Part shown: in pieces, positions 7,108 to 17,530 of the stretch
How the letters are laid out: every line of letters starts with the position of its first letter
Numbering within the stretch: the stretch's first letter is position 1
NCBI RefSeq assembly: GCF_013315695.1
Contig: NZ_CP054353.1
Direction: 5' to 3' (one strand)
Length of the DNA: 64,000 nt
Origin: Escherichia coli
GTDB taxonomy: Bacteria; Pseudomonadota; Gammaproteobacteria; Enterobacterales; Enterobacteriaceae
Position numbers and translations under genes: made by a program
The notes under the pieces: model-generated
Database searches by the model: none
Told to the model about the DNA's origin: nothing
Seen by the model: only the letters and a program-made list of their open reading frames with translations

Positions 7108-8346
7108 TCAAGAATTTTGGGAGTAAATTCGCGGGGTCATAACAACGATTTTTTCATCATTGTTCTGGAGAAGCTCGAGACGCTCAACCCATAGATTAAG
7201 AGCGTCACGTTTTGCATCGAGATAACGGGAGTGATTATAGACTCGTTGCATTCCTGGCAACTGGTGCGCGGTTAGCTGCTCCACTACATGAGGATCCACG
7301 CCTAAATCGTTCAGCATCGTTGTAAACGTGTGCCGGATGTCGTGCAACGTCCAGGGGGCTTGATTAATGCGTCTGTGTGCCGTTCTTCCGTACTCTGATA
7401 CAGATGATTGCCCTTTCAGTTCTCCGAGTAATAAGCCCGTGTGTCGGTTCTGCTCCACCAGCTTCGTTACGAACGGCAAGATCGCTTCCGGTATTGGCCT
7501 GAATATTGCTACCTTCGTTTTGCTGTGTTCTTTCGGCACAGTCCAGAGCATTTCTTTAAAATCCCATTCCTGGACCTCAGAGCGTCTTAGCTCAGTGGTA
7601 CGGCATCCGAAGACAATCAGGAGGCGAATCAGGGCGCTGTAGTACGGTGTGTAAATTTTTTCATCCAGGGCGCGTAGTAATTCCCCAAGCTCCTTGTTTG
7701 TTAGTACGCGCTCGCTTATTTCTGCTTTTTTCCCAACATCACCTACAACCATATCATCTAGAACGTTGGTAATTGCGTAGCGTCGTTTGCGGCAGTACTT
7801 AAGCGCCTGCTTGCATACCTGTAACAAAAATCCTGCTGATACCGGATTACGCATAGCAAGCTGATCAAAACAGGTCAGCCAGTGGCGTAGCTCGCATTTT
7901 TCCAGCGGCATAGCACCAATATGGCTGATTATGTGTGTATTGATCCGGCTTTTCAGAGATTCGTAATCTGTGCGCTTTTCCTTCGCGTACGATTCAAGCC
8001 AGTAAGTGAGCGCTTCCTTAACCGTAACAGGTGATAACGCTTCCTGTACGGTGTGATTAAGCTCATGGCGTGGATTTTTACCCTCAGCAAGCCAGGCGCG
8101 ACACTGCGACGCTTTTTCCCTGGCTGCTTTCAGGCTCAAATCTGGATAATTTCCCAGCCTCAGACGTTCAGGGGCTACCTTCCTGCCTGTTCCGGCCCTG
8201 TAAGTGAAATACCAGGTTAACAGGCCATTGGTTGAATGCCTTACGCTAAGGTTGCCACCATCATTAAAAAAGGTGTTTTTTGTGGTTGGTGATCCGCTTA
8301 ATTTTCGTAAAAGAGTGTCGCTAAGTCTATGAATTGCCCTGCTCAT
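7108..8346 (-). CDS. int: Tyrosine-type site-specific integrase
   Basis: 412-aa ORF; C-terminal catalytic region with HDIRHT and ...VYNHSRY (R-H-R-Y family pattern); located at island edge next to host gene. Confidence 0.85.
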   Translation of the reverse strand: MSRAIHRLSDTLLRKLSGSPTTKNTFFNDGGNLSVRHSTNGLLTWYFTYRAGTGRKVAPERLRLGNYPDLSLKAAREKASQCRAWLAEGKNPRHELNHTVQEALSPVTVKEALTYWLESYAKEKRTDYESLKSRINTHIISHIGAMPLEKCELRHWLTCFDQLAMRNPVSAGFLLQVCKQALKYCRKRRYAITNVLDDMVVGDVGKKAEISERVLTNKELGELLRALDEKIYTPYYSALIRLLIVFGCRTTELRRSEVQEWDFKEMLWTVPKEHSKTKVAIFRPIPEAILPFVTKLVEQNRHTGLLLGELKGQSSVSEYGRTAHRRINQAPWTLHDIRHTFTTMLNDLGVDPHVVEQLTAHQLPGMQRVYNHSRYLDAKRDALNLWVERLELLQNNDEKIVVMTPRIYSQNS

Positions 8347-8401
8347 GTTTCGAATTTCCGGTCATCAAAATTAACTACACCATTGACTACACCGAGCATC
8401 G

Positions 8402-8434
8402 TACAAGGGCGAACTGTGACGAACAAGGGCGAAC
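8402..8434. repeat. Direct repeats (ACAAGGGCGAAC x2) in int-proximal attachment region
   Basis: Two copies of a 12-mer 8 bp apart, plus CGAACAC repeats nearby, between int start and cspD; candidate integrase arm-type sites. Confidence 0.3.
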
Positions 8435-8750
8435 AAGAAAAACGAAATTATCCTTTATAATCATAGAAATAAATGAGATACCTACACCATGACGAACACC
8501 CACGAACACTAACTGATAAATAACTATCATCTATCGTTGGCATCAGCGACATCTGTCACATTCCTGTCAATAGCGTTAACTGCTTCAAATTTTTGATTCA
8601 TACCTGCCCCCTGGCCCCTGTCAAATGCTTGACGGCTCGCCCTAATTCTCTAAATTGTATTTCTAGAGTTGGCGAGGTTTTGAACAGCCCCCTCTCTGAC
8701 CCCGGTTTATTCCATCTTACTTGTATAAGATTTGCGAAGGATGTCGAAGC

Positions 8751-8975
8751 ATGGAAAAGGGTACTGTTAAGTGGTTCAACAATGCCAAAGGGTTTGGTTT
8801 CATCTGCCCTGAAGGCGGCGGCGAAGATATTTTCGCTCATTATTCCACCATTCAGATGGATGGTTACAGAACGCTAAAAGCTGGACAATCCGTTCAGTTT
8901 GATGTCCACCAGGGGCCAAAAGGCAATCACGCCAGTGTTATTGTGCCCGTCGAAGTAGAAGCGGCAGTCGCATAG
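8751..8975 (+). CDS. cspD: Stationary-phase cold-shock-domain protein CspD
   Basis: 74-aa translation MEKGTVKWFNNAKGFGFI... recognised as CspD; ORF track begins upstream at an earlier in-frame ATG. Confidence 0.9.
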   Translation: MEKGTVKWFNNAKGFGFICPEGGGEDIFAHYSTIQMDGYRTLKAGQSVQFDVHQGPKGNHASVIVPVEVEAAVA

Positions 8976-9010
8976 CTCTTCTGTCTCATTGTGTACATCC
9001 TAAAGGCAAA

Positions 9011-9040
9011 ATGCCAGCCCGATCGGCTGGCATTTTTATC
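9011..9040. terminator. Bidirectional rho-independent terminator (cspD / macB convergent)
   Basis: ATGCCAGCC-loop-GGCTGGCAT hairpin flanked by A-run and T-run. Confidence 0.6.
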
Positions 9041-9047
9041 TCAAAAA

Positions 9048-10994
9048 TTACTCTCGTGCCAGAGCATCTACTGGATCCAGTCGTGCCGCATTTCGTGCGG
9101 GTAACCAGCCAAATAAAATCCCGGTGACCGTCGAGCAGAGAAATGCCAGCAGCAGCGCCAACGGTGAAAAACCGATCTCCCAGCCGGGTAAGAAAAGCTG
9201 CAAGGTGAAAGCAATTAACAGTGACAGTGTTATTCCCAACGCGCCACCGACCAGGCAAACCAGTACGGCTTCGATCAGGAACTGTTGCAAAACATCACTT
9301 GCTCGCGCACCTACAGCCATGCGAATGCCAATTTCCCGCGTCCGCTCGGTCACTGACACCAGCATAATATTCATTACACCAATACCGCCCACCACCAGCG
9401 AAATCACCGCCACCAGCGTCAGAAACAGTTGTAAAGTACGTGTGGTCTTTTCAACGGTTTTCAAGACGCCGTCCATGTTCCAGGTAAAGAAATCCTTCTT
9501 ACCGTGGCGCAGTGAAAGTAAACGCGTGAGTTGCTGTTCCGCCTCGGCGCTGTCAAATCCTTCTTTCACCCTGACAGTAATGGAGTTCAGCCACGACTGG
9601 CCCATAACTCGCCCGGACATCGTGCTGTAAGGTAGCCAGACACGCAGCACTTTACTGCTACCAAACATCGACTGTTTTTCTTCCGCCACACCAATGACTC
9701 TGGCGGGCATATTGCCGACCAGAATTACCTCACCAACCACATCTGCTTTATGGGGGAAAAGCTGGCGGCGAGTATTACTGTCGAGAACCACGACCTGCGC
9801 ACGACCGTTCAGCTGCTCCTGATTAAAGGTGTTCCCTTCACTGAAGGTCATGCCATAGACATTAAAATAATCGCCGCTCACGCCATTGGCACTGGCAGCC
9901 ACATCAACATTGTTATAACGCAGGTGCAGGTTTTGCGAGACGGCAGGTGTGGCTGAGGCGACCCACGGTTGTTTTTGGATGGCGATTAAGTCATCGTACT
10001 TCAGCGCCTGCTGATATTGCGGATCGTCATCGCCAAAATCTTTCCCGGGATAGACATCAATAGTATTCGTACCAATAGAACGAATATCCGCCAGCACCAT
10101 TTGTTTGGCGGCGTCGCCCACCACGACAATGGAAACCACCGACGCAATACCGATAATAATCCCCAGCATGGTCAGTAAAGTACGCATTTTATTCGCTGCC
10201 AGCGCCCGCCATGCCATCGTCAGCGCTTCGTTAAAACCGCTGACAAATTGCCGCCAGCCAGAGGCCGTGTTGACAACAGGTTCCGTCCCGCCAGCAACAT
10301 TCACTTTTTCAATGGCGGGAGGATTGCGCACAATTTCACCGTCACGAATTTCGATCACCCGCTCGGCCTGAGCAGCGACCTGCGGATCGTGGGTAACGAT
10401 AATCACCGTATGCCCGCGATCGCGCAGCTGATGCAGGATCGCCATCACCTCTTCGCCAGAATGGCTGTCCAGTGCGCCGGTTGGTTCATCGGCAAGAATT
10501 ACCTGACCGCCGTTCATCAATGCCCGCGCGATGCTGACACGCTGTTGCTGACCACCCGAAAGCTGTGCCGGATAATACTCTGTACGGTCTTCCAGCCCCA
10601 GTCGTTGCAGCAACTCCTGGGCGCGAAGCAGCCGCTGTTTCCGCTCAAGACCAGCATAGACAGCGGGTACTTCAACGTTCTGCTCGGCGGTTAAATGCGA
10701 AAGCAAATGGTAACGCTGGAAAATAAAGCCGAAATGCTCGCGGCGCAGTTGCGCCAGCGCATCGGCGTCCAGCGTGGCAACATCCTGACCGGCGACGCGA
10801 TAGGTGCCGCTGGTGGCCTTATCCAGGCAGCCGAGAATATTCATCAGGGTCGATTTACCGGAACCCGAAGCGCCAACAATCGCTACCATCTCACCGGCAT
10901 AAATATCGAGGCTGATGCCCTTCAGCACCTCAACCTGCTCATCACCGGCAGGATAGCTGCGACGAATATCCTTTAATTCGAGCAAGGGCGTCAT
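9048..10994 (-). CDS. macB: Macrolide export ABC transporter ATP-binding/permease MacB
   Basis: 648-aa ORF with N-terminal ABC ATPase motifs and C-terminal FtsX-like permease; recognised as MacB. Confidence 0.9.
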   Translation of the reverse strand: MTPLLELKDIRRSYPAGDEQVEVLKGISLDIYAGEMVAIVGASGSGKSTLMNILGCLDKATSGTYRVAGQDVATLDADALAQLRREHFGFIFQRYHLLSHLTAEQNVEVPAVYAGLERKQRLLRAQELLQRLGLEDRTEYYPAQLSGGQQQRVSIARALMNGGQVILADEPTGALDSHSGEEVMAILHQLRDRGHTVIIVTHDPQVAAQAERVIEIRDGEIVRNPPAIEKVNVAGGTEPVVNTASGWRQFVSGFNEALTMAWRALAANKMRTLLTMLGIIIGIASVVSIVVVGDAAKQMVLADIRSIGTNTIDVYPGKDFGDDDPQYQQALKYDDLIAIQKQPWVASATPAVSQNLHLRYNNVDVAASANGVSGDYFNVYGMTFSEGNTFNQEQLNGRAQVVVLDSNTRRQLFPHKADVVGEVILVGNMPARVIGVAEEKQSMFGSSKVLRVWLPYSTMSGRVMGQSWLNSITVRVKEGFDSAEAEQQLTRLLSLRHGKKDFFTWNMDGVLKTVEKTTRTLQLFLTLVAVISLVVGGIGVMNIMLVSVTERTREIGIRMAVGARASDVLQQFLIEAVLVCLVGGALGITLSLLIAFTLQLFLPGWEIGFSPLALLLAFLCSTVTGILFGWLPARNAARLDPVDALARE

Positions 10995-12106
10995 TGTGCA
11001 GCTCCTGGTTTGTCCTCACCAATCACCACTTCATCGCCCGCTTCCAGCCCTTTGACAATCTCAACATCGGTATCGTTACGTGCGCCAATCGTCACTTCAC
11101 GCTCCCGTGTTTCACCATTACGCAACAATTTGACTTTATAACGATTATCGCCAACCGGATCGCCTAACGCCGACAGAGGGATCGTCAGCACATTTTTCAC
11201 ATCGGTGAGCTGAATATGCACTTGCGCGGTCATATCCAGCCGCAGCAAACCATTGGGGTTGGGTACTTCAAAACGGGCGTAATAGAAAATAGCGTCGTTA
11301 ACCTTTTCCGGCGTCGGTAGCACATCCTTGATTTGCCCCTCGTAGCGCGTCAGTGGATCGCCAAGCACCGTAAACCAGGCTTTTTGCCCCGGCTTCAGGT
11401 GGATTACATCCGCTTCAGAAACCTGCGCTTTTACCAGCATGGTGCTCATATCTGCCAGCGTCAGAATGTTCGGTGCTTGTTGTGCGGCAATCACCGTCTG
11501 GCCTTGCAGAGTGGTGATTTGCGTGACTTCCCCGGCCATCGGAGCAACGATGCGGGTGTAATCGAGATTGGTTTTAGCCGTATCGAGAGAGGCCTGATTG
11601 CGCTTGATTTGCGCGTCAATGGTGCCAATTTGCGCCTGTTTCACAGCCATCTCCGTCGCGGCGGTATCGAGATCCTGCTGTGAAACCGCTTGCGTTTGTG
11701 CAAGACGTTGCTGACGGGAATACGTCACCCGCGCCAGTTTCAGCTCCGCTTCCGCCTGCTGCCGCTGCGCGCGTAGCTCCATCAGCGTTGCTTCCACCTC
11801 CTTAATCTGGTTTTCAGCCTGTTCAGGATCAATAACCCCTAAAAGCTGGTCTTTTTTTACTTTATCGCCAATCGCCACCGACAGCGTTTTCAACTGACCG
11901 CTGACCTGCGCGCCCACGTCAACCTTACGCAGCGCGTCCAGCTTTCCGGTCGCCAGCACGCTTTGCTGTAAATCACCGGGGCGCACAATCAGCGTCTGAT
12001 AAGTCGGCTCGGGTGCGTTAAGAATTCTCCATAACGTAATCAGTCCGGCGATGACTATCACCAGCGCAATAACGTAACGCTTCTTCACGGTTTTCCGCTT
12101 TTTCAT
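10991..12106 (-). CDS. macA: Macrolide export periplasmic adaptor MacA
   Basis: Membrane-fusion-protein family; ATGA overlap with macB; start set at MKKRKTVKK. Confidence 0.9.
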   Translation of the reverse strand: MKKRKTVKKRYVIALVIVIAGLITLWRILNAPEPTYQTLIVRPGDLQQSVLATGKLDALRKVDVGAQVSGQLKTLSVAIGDKVKKDQLLGVIDPEQAENQIKEVEATLMELRAQRQQAEAELKLARVTYSRQQRLAQTQAVSQQDLDTAATEMAVKQAQIGTIDAQIKRNQASLDTAKTNLDYTRIVAPMAGEVTQITTLQGQTVIAAQQAPNILTLADMSTMLVKAQVSEADVIHLKPGQKAWFTVLGDPLTRYEGQIKDVLPTPEKVNDAIFYYARFEVPNPNGLLRLDMTAQVHIQLTDVKNVLTIPLSALGDPVGDNRYKVKLLRNGETREREVTIGARNDTDVEIVKGLEAGDEVVIGEDKPGAAQ

Positions 12107-12220
12107 AAATATTCTGAATACTCCATATGCCAATCCGGGTCATTAACTTCAACGAAATATCAACAAAACCCTAAAATTTACGTTAGTAATCACACTATTG
12201 ATGTTTGGTTAAGATACGCA

Positions 12221-13213
12221 ATGGTGAAATCGACGTCATGTATAATCATTGATTTCATGAATATGTCGCAGCTAACTGAACGGACCTTTACGCCATCTGA
12301 ATCTCTCAGCAGCCTGTCACTTTTTCTTAGTCTGGCACGTGGACAGTGTCGGCCGGGTAAATTCTGGCATCGCCGTAGTTTTCGCCAGAAATTTTTGCTG
12401 CGCTCGTTGATTATGCCGCGTTTAAGCGTTGAGTGGATGAACGAACTTTCCCACTGGCCCAATCTCAATGTGTTGTTAACGCGCCAGCCGCGACTGCCTG
12501 TGCGTCTGCATCGCCCTTACCTTGCGGCGAATCTTAGCCGTAAGCAATTGCTGGAGGCGTTACGTTACCATTATGCGTTACTCCGCGGGTGTATGTCGGC
12601 GGAAGAATTCAGCTTATATTTGAATACCCCCGGGCTGCAACTGGCGAAGCTGGAAGGCAAAAACGGCGAGCAGTTCACGCTTGAGCTGACCATGATGATC
12701 TCAATGGATAAAGAAGGTGACAGCACAATCCTGTTCCGCAACAGCGAAGGTATTCCTCTGGCAGAGATCACGTTTACTCTGTGTGAATATCAGGGGAAAA
12801 GAACAATGTTTATTGGCGGACTGCAAGGCGCAAAATGGGAAATTCCACATCAGGAAATCCAGAATGCGACGAAAGCCTGCCACGGGCTATTTCCCAAACG
12901 CCTTGTGATGGAAGCGGCCTGTCTGTTTGCCCAACGTTTGCAGGTAGAGCAGATTATTGCCGTCAGCAATGAAACGCATATTTACCGCAGCCTGCGTTAT
13001 CGCGATAAAGAAGGCAAGATCCACGCTGATTACAACGCTTTCTGGGAATCGGTTGGCGGCGTATGTGATGCTGAACGCCATTACCGCCTTCCAGCACAGA
13101 TAGCACGAAAAGAGATTGCCGAAATCGCCAGTAAAAAACGGGCTGAATACCGTCGGCGCTATGAGATGCTCGACGCTATTCAGCCACAAATGGCCACAAT
13201 GTTTCGCGGTTAA
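12221..13213 (+). CDS. ybjX: DUF535/VirK-like protein YbjX
   Basis: ORF in conserved K-12 position between macA and ybjD; start may be internal. Confidence 0.75.
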   Translation: MVKSTSCIIIDFMNMSQLTERTFTPSESLSSLSLFLSLARGQCRPGKFWHRRSFRQKFLLRSLIMPRLSVEWMNELSHWPNLNVLLTRQPRLPVRLHRPYLAANLSRKQLLEALRYHYALLRGCMSAEEFSLYLNTPGLQLAKLEGKNGEQFTLELTMMISMDKEGDSTILFRNSEGIPLAEITFTLCEYQGKRTMFIGGLQGAKWEIPHQEIQNATKACHGLFPKRLVMEAACLFAQRLQVEQIIAVSNETHIYRSLRYRDKEGKIHADYNAFWESVGGVCDAERHYRLPAQIARKEIAEIASKKRAEYRRRYEMLDAIQPQMATMFRG

Positions 13214-14868
13214 TCCGCGCGACCGCGCGCCAGCCACAGCACGCGTGAGAACATTTTTTTCAGCAGAGTCGGTACGGAATCCACACCACGACGTCCGGCC
13301 TCCATTGCCACTTCAATGGCAAGATCGGGTTTGGAAGAGCGATGGATCGCTTTCGAGATAATTTTGCGCAGATTCATCGGTACATTTTCCGGGATTTGCG
13401 CCACGCGGTGGAACACATCGGAAAATCCCTGGCGATACATAAAATGTTCCATATCCAGCGCCGGTAACGCCGTTAAATGTTCTCGTTCGGCTTCCCGATC
13501 GTTATTCAACAGGCTGCGTACCGTAGCGGCATATTTCTTCCCTGCTTCATCGCCATCGACCAGTACATGCCATTCAATCCCCATTCGCCGGGCAAATTTC
13601 ACCAGTGGTTTTAGCCCGGACTGGGCAAATTCAATGACCTTAATCCCTTCGGCATCGAAATGGTGTCCACACTGGCGCGCCAGTTCGTTGATAACCCAGG
13701 TTTCTGTTTCCCCTTCCACCAGCAGCCAGCAGCGTGCAAACAGCGATGATGGACGATTAAAACGAATGTGGAAAGAGATGCGTCGGCTATCTTCGGTACT
13801 CAAACCACTCGGCCCCAGACGCCAGGCGGCAACGCGCGAGGACTCACGTACCAGTCGGCAAACATGCTCTACCGGCGTTAACGAAAGCAACTCTCCCGAG
13901 TTGGTAGTAGCGATGCGCTGCAATGGCAGAAGATTCAACAGATGCCAGGCAACTGAAAGCATAATGGGGTGCAAACGGGTTTCTGGATCTTCGATCAGCA
14001 ACAATGGACGGGAGTCTTTATCCAGCCGCAATGTGCCTTTTGCCTGCAATAAAGTAGCAAACAGACCGAGCAAAATAACCCGATACGAGCGCCCTCCAGG
14101 TCGGTCAATCATCCGGTTGATGATATCCAGATAGCGCCAGCTTCGTTGCTCATTGCTGGCTCGCCGCCGCATTAAACGATATCGCGCCTGTCCAGCTCCC
14201 TGCTCAGAGAAATAATGCTCAAGCAGTTGCACCATTGCGGAAAGTCCCTGACGAATCTGTCCATCAGAGAGATTTTGCGGATGTGAGGACAACTCACGGG
14301 CGAGGAAATCGAGCTGGCGCGCGGTGACTTCCACATTAGGGACATTTGGCACCGTGCCGTTACGAATACGGCGCATAAAACGGGCATCACGCAAGCGCAG
14401 CACCGGCATTAAACGCACCAGATGGCGTGCCTGATCGTTAATATCCTCGACATCAATCGGATGTCCGTCTTTATCGAGAAAACTGCGGAGTGTCATCACG
14501 CTGCCGTCTTCCGCACTCTCCCCTTCCAGACGATAAAAAATACGGTGATAGCCATCGGTGCATGGCGTCCAGCACGCTTCCAGCGGCCGATAGCGGCGAA
14601 CCCGATGTCGGCCTGGCAGCGATTCGCGGAAGGTCAAAATAATATGCAGATGATGTTCTCGCCCGTTGATATCTCCCGGCGGGAACCAGAAATCGTCGCG
14701 CTCAAAATGGTAGAGATCTGATTCTGGCGATAGCAGCAGGGTTAAGGCGTCCAGCAAGCTGGATTTACCCCACGCGTTCTCCCCAATCAGGACGTTGTTT
14801 TGTTCCAGCATCAACGACAAACGGTTGATACCGCGAAAACCCACAATTTCAACGCGCTCAAGAATCAT
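13210..14868 (-). CDS. ybjD: OLD-family ATPase/nuclease-like protein YbjD
   Basis: 552-aa ORF with N-terminal P-loop (GENAWGKSS) ATPase; K-12 synteny. Confidence 0.85.
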   Translation of the reverse strand: MILERVEIVGFRGINRLSLMLEQNNVLIGENAWGKSSLLDALTLLLSPESDLYHFERDDFWFPPGDINGREHHLHIILTFRESLPGRHRVRRYRPLEACWTPCTDGYHRIFYRLEGESAEDGSVMTLRSFLDKDGHPIDVEDINDQARHLVRLMPVLRLRDARFMRRIRNGTVPNVPNVEVTARQLDFLARELSSHPQNLSDGQIRQGLSAMVQLLEHYFSEQGAGQARYRLMRRRASNEQRSWRYLDIINRMIDRPGGRSYRVILLGLFATLLQAKGTLRLDKDSRPLLLIEDPETRLHPIMLSVAWHLLNLLPLQRIATTNSGELLSLTPVEHVCRLVRESSRVAAWRLGPSGLSTEDSRRISFHIRFNRPSSLFARCWLLVEGETETWVINELARQCGHHFDAEGIKVIEFAQSGLKPLVKFARRMGIEWHVLVDGDEAGKKYAATVRSLLNNDREAEREHLTALPALDMEHFMYRQGFSDVFHRVAQIPENVPMNLRKIISKAIHRSSKPDLAIEVAMEAGRRGVDSVPTLLKKMFSRVLWLARGRAD

Positions 14869-15293
14869 ATCCCCTCCAGAAATATGTGACTTATCCTTTA
14901 CGCTGGCAGTATAACGGGAAAGGCCATGCTAATACGTGATGACATCACATTTAAGCATGGCAAATGTCTGAAAAATGAGCGAATAATCGCGTTATACTCC
15001 CTCTTGCTGATAAGCCTGCAAAAACAACAAAATCAAATAATTAGCATGATAAATTATTTTTTATTACGCCTAAAGGATTAAATCTTTTGCTTGCACTACA
15101 CTGTCAATCAGACAAATGACTATATGGGGCAACCCGCTGTTGCCCTAAATCAAATTTACTGGATTTATTTATCTGGTGAATGACTCGCCTTCGTTTTTAA
15201 AATAGCCGCGCATTATTTCCGTCGTCACTTTTTTACGACGACCCTATAAAACGACCATATTTTTCACAGGGTCAATTTTTAATTGAGGTGGAT

Positions 15294-15989
15294 ATGTTCA
15301 GAAAATTAGCAGCTGAATGTTTTGGTACTTTCTGGCTTGTTTTTGGTGGCTGTGGTAGTGCCGTACTGGCCGCAGGCTTCCCGGAATTAGGCATTGGTTT
15401 TGCCGGCGTGGCGCTTGCATTCGGTCTGACCGTTCTGACGATGGCCTTTGCTGTTGGTCATATTTCTGGTGGTCATTTTAACCCGGCGGTCACTATTGGT
15501 TTATGGGCTGGCGGACGTTTCCCGGCAAAAGAAGTCGTTGGCTACGTAATTGCCCAGGTTGTCGGCGGTATTGTTGCGGCGGCGCTGCTGTATTTAATTG
15601 CCAGTGGTAAAACGGGTTTTGACGCGGCAGCCAGCGGTTTTGCTTCTAACGGTTATGGCGAGCATTCGCCAGGCGGTTATTCCATGCTTTCCGCGCTGGT
15701 AGTTGAACTGGTATTGAGTGCAGGTTTCCTGCTGGTGATCCACGGCGCAACCGACAAATTCGCTCCGGCAGGTTTTGCGCCGATCGCTATTGGTCTGGCC
15801 TTAACCCTGATTCACTTAATCAGTATTCCGGTGACTAACACTTCTGTTAACCCGGCGCGCAGCACCGCGGTTGCTATCTTCCAGGGCGGCTGGGCGTTAG
15901 AACAACTGTGGTTCTTCTGGGTGGTGCCAATTGTCGGCGGTATTATCGGTGGTCTGATTTACCGGACCCTGCTGGAAAAGCGTAATTAA
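15294..15989 (+). CDS. aqpZ: Aquaporin Z
   Basis: MIP-family channel with two NPA motifs ([14 protein letters not shown]). Confidence 0.9.
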   Translation: MFRKLAAECFGTFWLVFGGCGSAVLAAGFPELGIGFAGVALAFGLTVLTMAFAVGHISGGHFNPAVTIGLWAGGRFPAKEVVGYVIAQVVGGIVAAALLYLIASGKTGFDAAASGFASNGYGEHSPGGYSMLSALVVELVLSAGFLLVIHGATDKFAPAGFAPIAIGLALTLIHLISIPVTNTSVNPARSTAVAIFQGGWALEQLWFFWVVPIVGGIIGGLIYRTLLEKRN

Positions 15990-16001
15990 TTAACGCAGAA
16001 G

Positions 16002-16027
16002 GCCTGGCGCAATGTCAGGCTTTTTTT
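16002..16027 (+). terminator. aqpZ rho-independent terminator
   Basis: GCCTG-loop-CAGGC hairpin followed by T7 directly after aqpZ stop. Confidence 0.55.
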
Positions 16028-16112
16028 AAAATGTTGTTATATGTTGATTCATCATCTTGTTGCGCTCCTTTCATGAGCTAAGCCACATATTGCCACTGAC
16101 GCAAGGAGCGCG

Positions 16113-16141
16113 CAGGGGGCGGCCAATCGCCGCCGCCCCCT
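16113..16141. repeat. GC-rich palindrome
   Basis: CAGGGGGCGGC-caatcgc-GCCGCCCCCTG, perfect 11-bp arms. Confidence 0.4.
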
Positions 16142-16253
16142 GCCCCCCCGGGCTCTGGCGAACAAAATCGCCGCTGCGCGGTACCCTCGGCTTATCCCTT
16201 GCGGCTACCGGGTCGGGCGCGAGGTAACATATATGGACGCTCCCGGAATGCAA

Positions 16254-16503
16254 TGCTTTCTTCAGTTATGTAATAAAACGGGTAGGTGCAGCCATATATC
16301 CGGTTTCTGATGGGATTTTTATCCCGAACCATGATGAAATCCGCCAGGCAGGTACCAATCATCCTCTACGGGCTAACTTGCCCTTGTTACCTCTCGGTGT
16401 ATCCTGCCTGCGGTCTTACCTGTTTTGCCATCTTCTGAAGTCACCTGCACCTACCAGGACGTTAACTTTTTTTCAGCACCTCGTCAGATTGACTGACCTT
16501 GTG
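16254..16503 (-). ncRNA. Candidate structured non-coding RNA (possible bridge RNA) 3' of IS110-family recombinase
   Basis: 250-nt non-coding region with long-range inverted repeat GGTAGGTGCAG / CTGCACCTACC and local hairpins; bridge-RNA assignment is by analogy only. Confidence 0.25.
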
Positions 16504-17529
16504 TCAGGCGAGCTGCCGAGGTTGATATTCAGTATTGTGTGACAACATTGACCACATGATCCTCGCTGTTTTTGCCGCCATGGCGACAACAGCTACATTG
16601 TAGTGCTTCCGCTCAAGGAGTCCCTGAAGCCAGGAATTCTCCTCAACCGCGCCGTTTCGGTTGACCCAGGCGGTAAGTGCGCGTGCGCCGTGAACCAGCA
16701 GGTATCGGAAATATCCATCTCCACGTTTGCTGATCCCTCCCAGTTGCTGTTTCCCGCCGCTGGAATGTTCCTTTGGTGTCAGCCCCAGCCATGAAGCGAA
16801 CTGCTTTGCGGTACTGAATTGTCGGGCATTACCCACTGCTGCTACCACATAAGTGGCCGTTAGCATGCCAACCCCCGGGATCTTGGCCATTCTCTGGCAG
16901 GCTTCCTGCGTTCTATACCAGGAGGCCAGAGCTTCTTCTACCTGTTTAACTTGTTCTTCAAGTTCCCGGATATGTTTAGACTGTCTGTAGATGCTGGTTC
17001 TGACAAAGGGAGATAAACCATTTTCGCCATCCTCCAGAATGGCTGGCAGCTCACGTGTTAAATGGCTTTGTCCGGCCGCAATCGTAATACCAAACTCAGC
17101 AAGTGTGGCTCTTAAACTATTGGCACAGGCAATCCGCTCACGGATAAGTATTCCCCGTTCAGTGTGTAACGCTAAAACGGCCTGCTGCTCTTCGGTTTTT
17201 ATCTGAACAAAACGCATATTCGGACGGGTTACCGCTTCGCAGATTGCTTCAGCATCTGCTGCATCCGTCTTGTTCGTTTTCACATAAGGCTTCACATACT
17301 GCGGAGGTATGAGTTTTACCTCATGACCATAGCGGGTGAATAATCGCGCAAAATAATGACTGGATGAGCAGGCTTCCATGCCAATCAGACAAGGTTCCAG
17401 TTGAATCACAAACTGAACAAACTTAGCCCGGGTGAGCTTTTTACGCAAAATAGTATGGCCTTCATGATCGACACCATGAAGCTGAAAAACGTTCTTTGCC
17501 AGGTCGATACCAAGAGTTGATACTTTCAT
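16504..17529 (-). CDS. IS110-family transposase/recombinase (DEDD RuvC-like N-domain + C-terminal HhH domain)
   Basis: 341-aa ORF; N-terminus GIDLAKNVFQLHGVD and C-terminal AKIPGVGMLTATYVVAAVGNARQF...GISKRGD match IS110/IS1111 transposase family patterns. Confidence 0.8.
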   Translation of the reverse strand: MKVSTLGIDLAKNVFQLHGVDHEGHTILRKKLTRAKFVQFVIQLEPCLIGMEACSSSHYFARLFTRYGHEVKLIPPQYVKPYVKTNKTDAADAEAICEAVTRPNMRFVQIKTEEQQAVLALHTERGILIRERIACANSLRATLAEFGITIAAGQSHLTRELPAILEDGENGLSPFVRTSIYRQSKHIRELEEQVKQVEEALASWYRTQEACQRMAKIPGVGMLTATYVVAAVGNARQFSTAKQFASWLGLTPKEHSSGGKQQLGGISKRGDGYFRYLLVHGARALTAWVNRNGAVEENSWLQGLLERKHYNVAVVAMAAKTARIMWSMLSHNTEYQPRQLA

Positions 17530-17530
17530 G

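Larger units (their letters stand above)
1..8720 (-). mobile_element. Integrated phage-satellite-like island (partial; continues beyond left window edge), inserted beside cspD
   Basis: Contiguous minus-strand module int - alpA-like - small genes - primase-helicase - iteron ori - SSB - PerC-like - capsid, with stop/start-overlapping genes; abuts core gene cspD where K-12 has only a short cspD-clpS intergenic region. Right boundary (att) is somewhere in 8347-8720 and not resolved. Confidence 0.65.

Noticed and set aside
8347-8720. tRNA or tmRNA gene as integration target next to the integrase
   Set aside because: No cloverleaf-like conserved tRNA segments (e.g. GTTCGAATCC-type T-arm) seen by eye; a formal tRNA scan would be needed to be certain.
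13210-14868. ybjD (OLD-family ATPase) as island-borne defence system
   Set aside because: It lies in conserved K-12 gene order between ybjX and aqpZ, outside the island; a core-genome gene, not novel cargo.
16071-16253. 60-aa minus-strand ORF between aqpZ and the IS
   Set aside because: Extremely GC-rich low-complexity translation overlapping palindromic DNA, no RBS; treated as non-coding.
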